Made by a program: the position numbers and the translations under genes. Below the pieces are notes generated by a model, which was given only the letters and a program-made list of their open reading frames with translations, searched no databases and had not been told where the DNA came from. A DNA stretch of 60,930 nt, the filler included, from Asterionella formosa (Eukaryota): NCBI GenBank assembly GCA_002256025.1. It is 4 parts of 4 records of this genome, joined end to end, with 100 filler letters (N's around TTAATTAATTAA, not from the genome) between each part and the next. Parts side by side here need not be neighbours in the genome. Positions count along the whole stretch, not along the records: positions 1 to 15,201 come from NKIB01005566.1; 3 more parts are not named here. One strand, given 5' to 3'. This document shows, in pieces, positions 1-11,882 of this stretch (position 1 is the stretch's first letter; each line of letters starts with the position of its first letter).

Positions 1-782
1 AAGTTCCACATCTATTGAATTTTGCTGTACCACTGTTACCAAAATATGCCTTCCGTGAGAGTATAGACATTGACGATACTGCCACCACATTGTCATCAAA
101 ATCAAAATCTTCAAGCAATTTCAGTGTGAGAAAGAAGGGAAGACATGCAATCTTGACGCAATGTCAATGTAGCTGCCTCCAGCCAACCATCGAATGCCAA
201 TGGCCAGCACAATTTCTGGGTAAATGGGAGTAGCTGTACCGCACTTGAAGAAATTTCCAATGACATCACTCTCCAGTAAGTAAACCAACTTCTTAAAGGC
301 TCGAAGGGACATTCTATAAGTCTTTTCAAATGCGTCCTCATGACACAGCTTCTTGACATGAGAATGCCATGACATTCTCTCATGCTCCCATTTCGCCTTC
401 CTCTTTTTAACTTTCGTTTCAGCCTCCAGAGCCAGATGACAAAGGATAGAGGATCTTGCATGTCTGTGTTGACTCATGGCAAATCAAGAATTAAGCAGGT
501 ATGTCAGCTATATATTCCATACTGCTACATAATACGCGTAGTTTTCCTACATGGTTTTAGTAATGGAAAATTATCGAAATAGTCTGGAGGGAAGCCTGGA
601 GGGATATGCACATGATTGTAGCCAGCCCGTAACCGTTGAATTTTCGTGATACTTTTTGGGTGATACAATTTCATTTTTATTTTTGTGGAGAATGGATTTT
701 TTCGGTTTAAATCGAGTAGCCGTTACATGATACTTTTTCAAAAAAAATGATACCAAATCGAAAATGATAAGAACGACCCTAA
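1..782 (-). mobile_element. PIF/Harbinger DNA transposon remnant (frameshifted transposase N-terminus plus one terminus)
   Basis: ORFs 111-461 and 121-477 join into WHSHVKKLCHEDAFEKTYRMSLRAFKKLV...PEIVLAIGIRWLAGGSYIDIA, the HARBI1-like FRMS / LAI.LR.LAGGSY.DI region. A terminus reads GGGTCGTTCTTA on the minus strand (768-779), flanked by TAA at 780-782, the typical Harbinger target site. Confidence 0.8.
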
Positions 783-1589
783 GAGTCCTGAAAGCGATGA
801 TGGGATTTTCAAGATTCAGCTCAACAATCGAGTACACAATAGGGTACCAGTTACCGGTTTTAGAGACGCCTATACTGGTAGTGGTTCATTACACTGATGC
901 GCATGTACGAATGCAGGTAATCAATCAGTAAACATTAATAATTACTAGCAGTAGGGTTTCTCACTGATAATACTAACATGAAATGGGTTGACAATACGTA
1001 CACATGCATATAATATCAATAACAATATAGTTACCGTAAGTTCTTCACATTCCTAAAAAACGCGACTTAACGGTGTTATTGGTGACTCCAATTTTCAATG
1101 TCAATATTAGTGTTCTCACAATATTTCTTTTACGATTATATTTTATATGTCGTTCTTAATGGACGACCCTAATGAATAGCAATGCGTCATTTTCAATTTC
1201 TGTGGAGATAATTCAATATTTTCGTTTTGGTCAAGGCAGAGACGGCATGATGCAGGATTCTCCAGCTGCTCACAACATCTGAGCTAGATATTAATATACT
1301 ACCCTGGTATTGTCTACATGGGCTAGAACCTCGGGTACCCTCAGTATATACTCGTATCCTATGTAGCCATAGTATATGTGATGTGTATAATTTTTTGCAA
1401 ATATGCCAGCACCTGGTACACTGTTGCATCAGGCGTGATAATGACTGTGACTACATGTACATAGACATACTGTTATGTATGCTGTTCATAGCAGCCAATA
1501 TTACTGTATTTTATCATGAATGGAAACGATTATTTACTTGCTACATATTTAGTCAAAAATGGTAGTTCCGAGTTCCTCAGACTAACTAA

Positions 1590-2820
1590 TTGTGCATTTT
1601 TGGACACTTTGCAAAAAGTGCTGTATTGGACTGGATTACGAGATCTAAGAATAGCAGGATGACGCTTGTCGGTATTGCATCCCTTATATCACTCCTCAAA
1701 GGGCATATCACAACAATCATGACAATGGATGTAGTTACCAGTTTGATTATGAGCCTTATGAATGCACCATACTGCAGTACAAAATCCATTACGCTTTTCA
1801 GGGGCATTCCAATCCCCACAACATTTTATAAGATACCCCATGACATCAACCACTTCCTTTCATCCAAGATCCACTAATGTCATACTAGACACATTTTATT
1901 TCCACCATACATACATTACAAGGGATTCTGCCTTCTTGGATGGAAAGTTTGCAGGACATTTGTCCCTAAGCATCAACAGTGACTCATAATCACCAATCAG
2001 CTTGAAGAATTTTGTAAAACCACGAAAGTGAACCTCATACTAGCTAGCTTGTTATCTCTGTAAGATATCAGAGTGCACTTGCACCAGTCAATTTAGCCAA
2101 ACGTCGGTCAACAGATGTCTAATTCATTTTGTCCAAAGCATTCAGAATTCCTTGGGATACCTTGTCTTCAACATCTACTGGTATATCCTTGGCATACAAG
2201 ACATCCTGAGGTAGATTGGCAAGCTTTTCCGTCTCACTTCGTGTAATTTCATACTCATTCTGGCAAGTTAAGTGAACAAATTATTCAATGAATATTGGCA
2301 GGCTGTAATTTTGAAGATCACAAGTATTCCTAAGCAGTTATGGATATTAATGTAATAGCAAGGATTCGATATAGTCTGATGCGATCCAGGCTACTCTAAG
2401 TATAGTGGTGCAATTGTGGTACAATTGTAAATGCCAATTGGCAGTTGAATTACTGAAGGCAGTACACGCTCGAGGTGGTCTCTTGCCTGCAAGTACACAT
2501 GTATATGAGAAGGCAAGTAGCCGTCTACAAGGGTATTGTTGAGGCAGCCAATTCACAACAAACTAGCTATCATTGCGCCATTCGCTTATCTACTGCCCAC
2601 AAATAAAGCATAAATGTAAATTTTAGCTTGCTATTGCCCATCATATAAGACATATTTAAGATATTTCCTACATTCTTATGAAAAATTGCCAAAGGTACGA
2701 TATTGCCCATCATTAAAATATATTTTGTATATTTCCTATGTTCGTATTTTGGCAAGACAACTGAAGCCAATTGCCCCTCGGTTTTCCAGTCCTGGGATTG
2801 CCAAAATCGGCAACGGGTCT
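1590..2820 (-). mobile_element. Decayed element resembling the N-terminal part of stramenopile Crypton-type tyrosine-recombinase transposons
   Basis: The broken minus-strand reading gives YEVHFRGFTKFFKLIG/YESLLMLRDKCPANFPS...VVDVMGYLIKCCGDWNAP...AVWCIHKAHNQTGNYIHCHDCC...GCNTDKRHPAILRSRNP, with several stops. Clustered ATTGCC/GGCAA motifs lie at 2570-2820. No catalytic recombinase domain is visible. Confidence 0.45.
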
Positions 2821-2899
2821 ACTTCAGTAAACCATTTTATATACTAAAAAGATTTTATTAAATTATATCTAGCATTCACCTTGTTTATGTTTGTCGCCT

Positions 2900-4114
2900 G
2901 AAGAGTGGACTCTGGCAATTCACGTTTCACCATGCCGATCATCGTCCATTGTTTGTGGATGCACTATATGGATTGAAAAGTTCTGGTGCCGCATGACAAT
3001 CAGACTTTGCCAACTCATTGCGAGACCTCAATTTCACCCCTACATATCATCATGCCAATGCTGATGTCTGGATATGTCGTGCCTATGATTCAGAGGATCA
3101 ATATTACGAGTACATTTTCTTTTTTTGATGATATTCTTTGTATTTCACATACAACAGGCGTAATTCTTCAACAATTACAAGATGAACCATTTAATTATCG
3201 GCTAAAATGTGTCAGTTCACCACAACGGTACCTTGGCGCTAACATTGTGACATATACACTCCCAGATTCCTCGATTTCCAATTGGTATATGTCTGCTGAG
3301 GCTTACCTAGCTAGAAAAGACAATTCCTGTAATTGAGGAACGGTTCAGTCCTTTGAAGCTCTATTTAGCTCATGAATCAGTGCACCAGCAGCACCCAACT
3401 ATCACCTTGAATTGGATCAAACCGATATACTCCTTAATGATGATATTTACTTATATCAAAGCTACATCAGAATTTTACTATGTGACTTGTCTGGATATGA
3501 CTGGTCTAAGGACTGGAGTCAATTTTATCAGCAGGATACAATTGAACCTATTCCAATAAACATGCCTAAGCCCCTTGGATGAGCAATACAAATCAACATG
3601 TTGTGCGATGGTGCACATGCAACTGACCTTGTTGCAAGGCATTCAACAGCGGGAATTGTTATATTTATCAATGGTAGTCCTATCTGATGGTTTTCTAGCT
3701 AAGCCTCAAAATACTGTTGAATCCTCTACTTTCGGATCAGAGTTTGTGGCTCTGAAGATTGCTACTGAACTTAATGATGAATTACAATACAAGTTACACA
3801 TGTTCGGAGTCCCAATTGATGGACCTACTAATACCTTCTGTGACAATAATAGCATTGTACAAAATGTTACAAGACCCGAGTCCATTCTCCAAAAAGAAAC
3901 ACAATTCTATTGCATACCACAAAGTTCATGAAAGCATGACCACTAACTCTTTACATGTCCTTCATGAACCTGGGAACACAAACCTGGCAGATGTCTTCAC
4001 AAAATTGTTGCCACCTATAAAGCAATGGCAGGTTGTGAATGCATGCAATGCAATGGTGATTCTCGCTTATTTCCAGGGTGTTTGTCTTGTGACGTGTTCT
4101 ACCCTGGAGGGGAC
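2900..4114 (+). mobile_element. Ty1/copia (CoDi-like) retrotransposon remnant: degenerate RT-RNase H and polypurine tract
   Basis: ALYGLKSSGAA near 2960; QNTVESSTFGSEFVALK, FCDNNS, KKKHNSIAYHKV and NLADVFTKLLP. Many frameshifts and stops. PPT GGAGGGGAC at 4106-4114 is followed by TGT, the probable start of the 3' LTR at 4115. Confidence 0.92.
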
Positions 4115-4536
4115 TGTATTTAAATCTCGTATCATTATTGAATCAAATCCAGTAGATGGTGATGTCAATATCTTTTAACCTGACATCAACTAGGGTACCT
4201 GTATATACAACGTGGTACAACACGTCGCACTATGTATCTGACGTTTTTCACGAATGTAGCGGTATACTTTTTAGTGCTTACAGTTCTTCATAGTAATTAT
4301 TAAGTTTTCGTTGATGCGTTTGTTGGATCTTTACCGCTTCACAACAATCTTGACATCACAAGAAAAATTAAAATTACTTTGCATAACTTTACTACATATA
4401 TTATGTACCAGGAGTATAATCAGATAACAATGCTGATTGCTCCCCTGCACCAGACGAGCTCCTCTAGCTGAAGACACCATCTGCTATCCATCACCTGCAA
4501 GATTACACGAAAGTGAAGCAAGGTGTGAGGAGCAGC

Positions 4537-6689
4537 ATGATGTGGCACTCGATCGCATTGGTCCTCGCACTGCTTTCAACGACCACAGCGAATGCCAGCA
4601 ACAGCTTCCGAATGCCAAAGGCGCTCGTTGGCGGTGGCATCGCGTTGACCAAAGTCGAAGTGGCTGCTCTTGAAAATGCTCGCATTTGTCATGTGCGTCA
4701 CGTGTTGAACCAACGTGTGGAGCTAGTGTTGTCGGGAGCAAGGCAGAGGGAATTCACTAAATGGGCAAAGAAGGGAAATGTCACCATCTTTTCGATGCAC
4801 GGCTCGGAGGAATTGGACCTTGATTTCGTAGCTGCCGAGACTTTGATTGCTAGTGATGACATGATATTTCCAGATGACAAACTCAACTTGGACCTAGTTC
4901 CTGTCGCGACCCTGCCGAGCCTGTATCCAGGCAAGCAGCAACACCTTATGGATCGCCAAGCACCGAGTGTCGTGGAGCTTCTATTGCGGTCCCTTCACTT
5001 GGGTCTCATTTTTACTCCCATTATCTCTACATCTATATTGGCTTTGTTATTTCCTAGCTTTCGTGAACTATTCTGGTACAAATGGGTGGCAAATTGCTTG
5101 GCAGCTAGTGGGCCAGCTTTTATCAAATGGGGCCAATGGGCATCGACTCGAAGTGACATGTACCCAGATACTCTCTGCCTGAATCTGGCTCAACTACACA
5201 GTGATGCACCTAGTCACTCATGGGATCATACTCAAAAGATGGTGGAGTCCAGCCTTGGTTTGCCTCGTGGAACATTGTTGGAAGTCTTTGACTCATTTGA
5301 CGCCAAGCCTGTTGCTTCGGGGAGCATTGCTCAAGTGCACAAGGCGGTCCTAAGAGCTGAAAATGCGCATCTCGGGACAATTGTGGCTGTAAAAGTGCGA
5401 CACCCTAATGTAGCGAAACTCATTGATATGGACTTTCGCCTCATGAAGGTACTGGCGTCCATGGCAGATTGCATCCCAGCACTCTCGTGGTTGCACATTC
5501 GAGACTCAGTGGAGCAGTTCAGTTACACCATGGCAGCGCAAGCACATTTGAATGTTGAGGGTCATCATTTAGAAGTATTGAATTACAACTTTCGCAGTTG
5601 GCATCATATCAATTTTCCTCGTCCCATTTATGCCAGCTCGTGTGTTATTGTTGAAACGTTTGAACCTGGGCGGATTGTGACTGAGGTGTTAGACACATAT
5701 GATGCCATGGCGAAGCAGGTGATTTTGTCGGAACATGGGACATTAACGGTGGAAGAAGTTGACGATATCTACAATGCCGATAAGACAGAAGGAATCGGTT
5801 CCCACTTTGTTCCCATTAACGTTGCCAAGTTCATCGTTACTAATGGTTTGGCTCTATACTTGAAAATGCTTTTGGTTGATAATCTGATGCACGCCGATCT
5901 ACACGTAAGTACTGATCCGATTATTCGAGAAGGCCTAGTATGTGCGCTTTTACTCAAAACCTTTCAAATCTTGTTGTCATATAGCCTGGAAATATCATGC
6001 TGGATTTAGATCACCGTGAAAAAAAGGCTCATACCCCAGTGGCTTCGACACACTTGGTACCGCCAATGGACAATAGGGATGTGCGCACTGAAGATATGGG
6101 AATATGCTTAGTAGATGCGGGTATGGTGGCAAAACTGACCAAAGAAGAGAGTACCAATTTCATCGGATTGCTATGCAGCATGGGGGAAGGGAATGGTCGC
6201 CTCGCAGCTCAATTTGCACTGCGGTTCTCGGTGGACACAAATTTGACGCAAGAGCAGCGACAAGCCTTCATCAATGACATGGACCGTGTTTTTCAAGAGC
6301 AATGCGGTGGCTACGGTACCGATGTTGATGTCGGCAATGTGATGCGAAGTGTTCTTGGATTGATTCGAACACATCGTGTTCGGATAGATGCCAACTATGC
6401 CACTCTCGTGGTCAACTGCTTGTGTGTAGAATCATTAGCCAAGAGGGTATGTCCGAACTACAGTCTTTTGGATGCAGCTCGACCATTGCTTCAGTTGTAT
6501 CAAGGCCTTTGCTATGGACGAAATGGAACCGTCAATGAAAATCCTTCAGCCGTACAGAAGGCATTAGTCAGGATGCGGATGCCTCTGGCTTACATCTCAA
6601 AGGGCGCGTTAGACTCTAGCTTCTTCGGTAAAGAACGAGAAAAACAAATGAAGCTGAGACAAATAAACCTAAAGCTGCAAATGAAATAA
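4537..6689 (+). CDS. ABC1/UbiB (ADCK-type) atypical protein kinase; intron 5905-5984
   Basis: GPAFIKWGQWASTRSD, PVASGSIAQVHKA, VAVKVRHP, HADLH|PGNI joined across a GTAAGT...ATAG intron, and DAGM. The N-terminus is hydrophobic from ATG 4537/4540. Confidence 0.93.
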
Positions 6690-6856
6690 GACATCAAACT
6701 GTTGCGGCATTATGTATGAGTTTAAAATCCACATAACAGTTCATTCGTACGACGAACTTGGTCCTAAATAGTGAGCACTTTGACGATCCACAATCTGCTG
6801 TACACATACTGTCGACAAATCATATATTTCGGCCGCTGAAACCTGAAGCAACATAG

Positions 6857-7110
6857 AAATGCACAAGGTTAGAAGACAACGCTGCAGATGGCAGACTGCA
6901 AGCTGACGGAAAACCTCCTTTCAACACTACTGTTGCGTGGTAAAAAAATAAACGCCAGATTAAGAGGGTAAAACTCAATCGACGAACCATAGCCACGCGG
7001 GTTTGCCATCCGTGTCGATATAATGTAGTATACGTACCGATTGATGACGCCTCCGATATTTAGCGTCTCCTACTGATTGGTGCCAAATTAGCTTGGTCCT
7101 CATCACCATA
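6857..7110 (-). repeat. Degenerate tandem duplicate of about 7251-7500 (3' end of the adjacent gene)
   Basis: AAATGCACAAGGTTAGAAGACAACGCTGCA..CTGCAAGCTGACGGAAAACC is nearly identical at 6857 and 7251. Colinear matches continue (TTGCGTGGTAAA, CGCCAGAT, TACGTACCGAT, TTGGT.CCAAAT). Confidence 0.88.
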
Positions 7111-7403
7111 CTTTTGGCTGGTTTTCCAGCGAGAACCAATTCGAGTGCAATATTGAGAATATCTTACGACGTATTAAGCTATGGTTGCTGCTCGTGTAAC
7201 GTCGAAAATAGATTATTTTCATCAGCTGGAACCTATATCATTATGAAGGAAAATGCACAAGGTTAGAAAGACAACGCTGCAAATTACAAACTGCAAGCTG
7301 ACGGAAAACCTTCTTTTGCTCCTATTGCGTGGTAAAGAACTCGCCAGATCGTGGGGGTCAAACACTGGATCGACAAAACACAGCCGCGCGGGATGAAATA
7401 AAC

Positions 7404-8495
7404 TCATGGTTGCAGAAATGTACGTACCGATGGTGGTCGCTTCAAAATATACAACTTCTCGTATCCTTTGGTACCAAATGGTTTGACTTGCATGACCTTG
7501 AGCAGGATCCATTTATTGTCTTCGAGATAGTCAAAGAACTCGTCAGGCGCATTGGCTCCACCTCGACCTTCACCAACGTAAATGATGGTATCATGATTCT
7601 CCCCCGTGGCAACGTATGCCTTGAGACTATCGAGGGCCATGGTGCTTCCAGCGGATGGGAAGACCAACATCAACACACGCCCTTGATTGGCAGGTTTTTC
7701 CAAAACTTCAAAAGAATTCTTGCACTGTTGGACCTTCGGATAAAAGTAGTCATGAGCTGGTTGAGTCTTTCTATATATATTTGGATTCAATGGCAACTCG
7801 GCCATGTTGTCAAATGCTGTGACAAACTCAAAGTCCTTCTTTTGGAGGTTGGATTCATTGTGTAAATCATTCAAGGCACGAGCCCATTGCCCGTGCCCAG
7901 CTCCAATCTCGACTACACCACGATCCTTCGCTAACTCTAGGATAGTCTCCAGTACTTCCAAAGTCCAACCTGTACATCCATATCGCTGCGGAGATTAAAG
8001 GAGATGGACCCTAATTGTGTGAGAGATCAACAACTAGACGGGATTGTGTCACCTGTGTCTGCATCCAAACAGGGCACGTACCGCCAAAAAATCTTCCCTG
8101 TCTTGCGGAGTAAGTCCCTTGCCATACGTAATGCAAGTAATTTGATGTGCCACCTCATTCAAGGCTGGCATATCTCGTAATGTCCTCGCTTGTTGAACTT
8201 TAGGATGAAGCAGGAGTTCTCGAAGGCGAGTGGCATCACGTTCCCGTTGCACCAGACCGCCATGGGCAAATACGGAATCATTCTTGACCAACACACGAGG
8301 AATGGGCAGTGCAATGATCCAAGACAGGTGCCGCCTCCACCAGGATGGAGTTGCAGGAGGCTTGGCAGCTGCATCACAACCAGCCGTTGGTGACGCTGGA
8401 AGTAACAGATGGCTGGAATTATATCGCTCCAGGACCAACCCGGCTACTGACAAACGAGCTATCATCCTTTCTGGTCTCATGATCAATGACTTCAT
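7404..8495 (-). CDS. Uncharacterised class I SAM-dependent methyltransferase-like protein; intron 7986-8081; possible extra intron 7322-7427 and terminal exon ending at 7241
   Basis: Spliced DFLA|RYGCTGW across GTACGT...GCAG. Motif I-like VEIGAGHGQW, LMLVFP and IIYVGEGRGGANA. Confidence 0.8.
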
Positions 8496-9441
8496 GGTCA
8501 AGCTAGCAGGACAGAGAGTCAAACGTCGTGTAACCTACAAGTATCTCACCATCCTTCATGGTTGATGCTGAATGTACTTCATTTTAGTATTTTCTGTGGT
8601 TGAGACTGTGTTTATGAATTTCAGCACACTGATGCGTACCATCCCTATCATACGGTATGTAGTACATACGTATAAAGTACCAGCAGTGGTACTCCGAGAA
8701 ATTGCTTCGTTCGAAGGCGAAAATCGGACAGGTTCAAGCACGTGCCACCATGACAATTCAACAAAAAATGCCCTCAAGGAACTGTCATTGTAGCTAAGTC
8801 AAAGTAGTTACTAAGGACTATTTAGCTTAAGCAATTTTAATCTTTTTAAGTAATATCTTGCTTGAGCACATCCATTTGCAAAAAATAATGAAGTCCTTTT
8901 GTCTGGCCTATTATCAACTAGTAGCTAACTATGTCACTACTGCTTGACCTATCAAAAAAAATAATTCAAACTACTGGTGATTTTCTTATGGTGACTAACA
9001 GTATATGATACCAAGCGATGCATGCAGCAACAGTGTCTCCCAACATTACTGCCTCCTCTTGTGTCCCAGTTTGAATGCTACTTGAGCCAATCGAAGGAGG
9101 AGAAAAGCATTGTTGGAAGCTGCATGGGCGCCTCATCGTTTTTGTTGTTAAGTGATTTCCCCCGAAATCTCTAGTCTATATAGCATAGTTAAAAAACCGG
9201 AGTTCCTTTCTGCAGTTTCTCGCCAGATCCTATATCCTGACAATACATAGCATTGACCTATACCCCTATTTTTGTCAATGACTGTATCTAAGCATATGGA
9301 AAGGGTGAATATTGGTGAAAGCTCCGTTAGCGATACACAATGATGTTTTACTCGTAAGAAGTCTGTGTTTGAGTATTCTGACTCAATATTTCTTTTTAAC
9401 CCTACCTCTAAACTAGGGTTGAAATACAGGAACCTTAATAA

Positions 9442-9511
9442 TACCAGGTACCAGGGTACCGGGACCTGGTACCAGGTACTAGGTACCGGGTACCATCAAG
9501 TACCTGGTACC
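9442..9511. repeat. (GGTACCW)n palindromic heptamer cluster upstream of the DUF1499 gene
   Basis: TACCAGGTACCAGGGTACCGGGACCTGGTACCAGGTACTAGGTACCGGGTACC...GTACCTGGTACC. Confidence 0.85.
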
Positions 9512-9697
9512 ATGCATTGTCATCACCAGCCACGATTTTGACATGTCTCAAGAGAATTGTCCATCATCATGCATCAGGACGAGATCTTCCTAACCTAAGA
9601 TACATACCAGGTACCGCTATGCATAAGATACAGAACAGTCTACCGGGTAGTGATTTATTTTTTGTGTGAGGATTCATTTGAAACAACAATAACGACA

Positions 9698-10270
9698 ATG
9701 GTGCGCTTCCTAGCTTTCTTGTTCGCCTTGCCGCTGGTCACACACAGCTACTCTGTGCCAACAAACCCTTCCATAGATCGCCGCCTGGCCTTCAAAACAC
9801 TGGCTGCCAGTACCGCTTTTCTCGTTGTAACCCCCTCTGTGAACGCCTTGGAGTTGTGCGACCCGAAGGCAAACAATTGCGTTCGCACCACATGGACTCC
9901 TCCTGTTGGAACCTCCAAGGAGCAATCTGTCAAGGTTCTTCGTGCTGTGATTGAAGCATATCCTCAGGAAGGTCAAAGTGATGTTGATGGCGGTGGTTGG
10001 ACCATCGCAGCCGATGATTTGGATGGATCGTCGGGAACAGCACGTGTCGAATACAGGTCGTCGGGGAAGGGAAACTTTGCCAAGTTTTTCAATGGAGGTA
10101 AGCCCTTTGTGGATGACTTGAAATTGGAGGTGGGTCCAAGTGGTACTGTGGAGGTCAAATCTCAATCTCGTGTCGGAGATTCAGATTTCGGGGTCAATGC
10201 AAAGCGTGTCAACTACCTTGCTGCTGCACTTTCTGCGAAAGGCTGGAATGCTCCAGTTCTTCCGAAATAA
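9698..10270 (+). CDS. DUF1499-family protein, predicted thylakoid lumen
   Basis: C...NNCV and FVDDL...SQSRVGDSDFGVNAKRV motifs. Signal peptide, twin-Arg DRR, a hydrophobic stretch and a VNA-L cleavage site. Confidence 0.85.
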   Translation: MVRFLAFLFALPLVTHSYSVPTNPSIDRRLAFKTLAASTAFLVVTPSVNALELCDPKANNCVRTTWTPPVGTSKEQSVKVLRAVIEAYPQEGQSDVDGGGWTIAADDLDGSSGTARVEYRSSGKGNFAKFFNGGKPFVDDLKLEVGPSGTVEVKSQSRVGDSDFGVNAKRVNYLAAALSAKGWNAPVLPK

Positions 10271-11506
10271 AATGCATGAAGCTTGGCAATAATAATAACA
10301 ATAATACGTAGCTAGTATGAGAATAATGTTAGTCTGAAACAGGAGGGCACTGCTGAGCAGATAGTGGTACAAATTGTTTTTATCCGACATGACTATGGTA
10401 GTCTGACGGGTTTGGTTCATCTCATTGGAATTCGAAGATGACTGCGCAATGTAAGACGAATATGTTCAGTTGAGCGAGACGTTGAACAAAATTGTGCACA
10501 GACAATTGACACAGCAGGATATTGCGTATACTGTCAAATTGAATCAAGTGACTATTATGATAATACATTGCATCTGGATTAGTCAACCACATCTAGCTCT
10601 GGATTAAGTATTGGCCAACAAAGGAAACAATAATATTCCCCGCCAAGTCGCCTGATACTACTTAGTAGAAAGGAAGGGGAAACAGAGTAGGTTACACTGC
10701 AAGTTGCAAGCTGGAATCCATACATATATCTATGGTGCCTAGTATGTCAAATGTACACAAGATCCAACATCAATCTTGTTCATGATTTTACAAACCCCCA
10801 ATTTCACATTTCTCTCCTTTGCAATATTGTAGCTTTACATCAAGTGCACACTGGGTAGTCTAATCATGCAGTCTACAAGAATGATAATCTGTTTTATAGT
10901 CCATTCATAGTTTGTCATCATGACAACACCTGAATGGCATTCATTTGTGGTACCTGGTACTCCAATTAACAGCCAGGTATCCTGATACATAAATGTTAAA
11001 GTATTACCTTTTGTAAATAGCTCTATTGTTAGACAAAGTAGACTATAGATAGAGATGTTCCATTCTCTTTTATTTCTATATTCTTTTTGTGAGTTACTAT
11101 TAAGGTAGTAATGAGCTTTGTTCAGTTTGAATAATCAATGTACTATTTTCCAAGTGCTGTTTGCATTGACAGAACAAAGACTTATAGATAGAACCATGCC
11201 TATCTACCACTTATTGATCATATGTAGGTTTATAATCATTGACCATACCAGAATAATGATATTGTGTGATTGATGAGAGCTTGCTACACCCAAAAGCGAC
11301 TCATTCGACTGCGAATCATTGGTGCCGGTACAAGGATGATCTCTATTAGACACATAAGTACGGCCGTCTGATGAATACCGGTATTCAATTTTATCCATAC
11401 TAAAAGTTCCACTGATACTTACTCGTTTGTTGTTGATCCTCCTATGTGAGCCTCTACGGAACAAATTCAGTACTAGTAACATTCCAGTGCTGGCTGTAAA
11501 CCTGTT

Positions 11507-11536
11507 AGGTACCCTGGTACCAGGTAACCAGGTACC
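11507..11536. repeat. (GGTACCW)n cluster upstream of the TPR gene
   Basis: AGGTACCCTGGTACCAGGTAACCAGGTACC. Confidence 0.75.
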
Positions 11537-11882
11537 ACTCCTTCTTGCTCTTTTTAGTCGCCTTTCGTAGCTAAAAGGGAGAAACAAAATAATCATACCT
11601 GGTGCAAGAAGTGTTGGTGCGTGTAAAATGAAACGAGAAGCAAGGTCGACGTCCTATCCGGCGTACAAAACGTACATACGAGATATATGTCATCGGAGTT
11701 CTGATGTCGTGCCCTTGATTATTGCTCCTGTCTTGTTGGACAAAATGTACCGGTTGCAACAAATATGCACTCCCTTCCTCTGGCATTGTCTCAAGTGAAC
11801 TATCCGGAACGGCCGAAGCCTCGGTAGGAACCTTGTTGCACCCTGTGAAAGTGGTTTCGTCGTGCTCAATAGCACCAACCAA

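Noticed and set aside
6857..7400. snRNA, telomerase RNA or SECIS in the duplicated segment
   Set aside because: No Sm site, U-snRNA signature, full CTAACCCT template or SECIS core. Homology extends into coding sequence, so gene-end duplication explains it.
9397..9420. Telomere-like AACCCTA/TAGGGTT motifs (also near 14067-14100 and 18108)
   Set aside because: Isolated single units, not tandem telomeric arrays.
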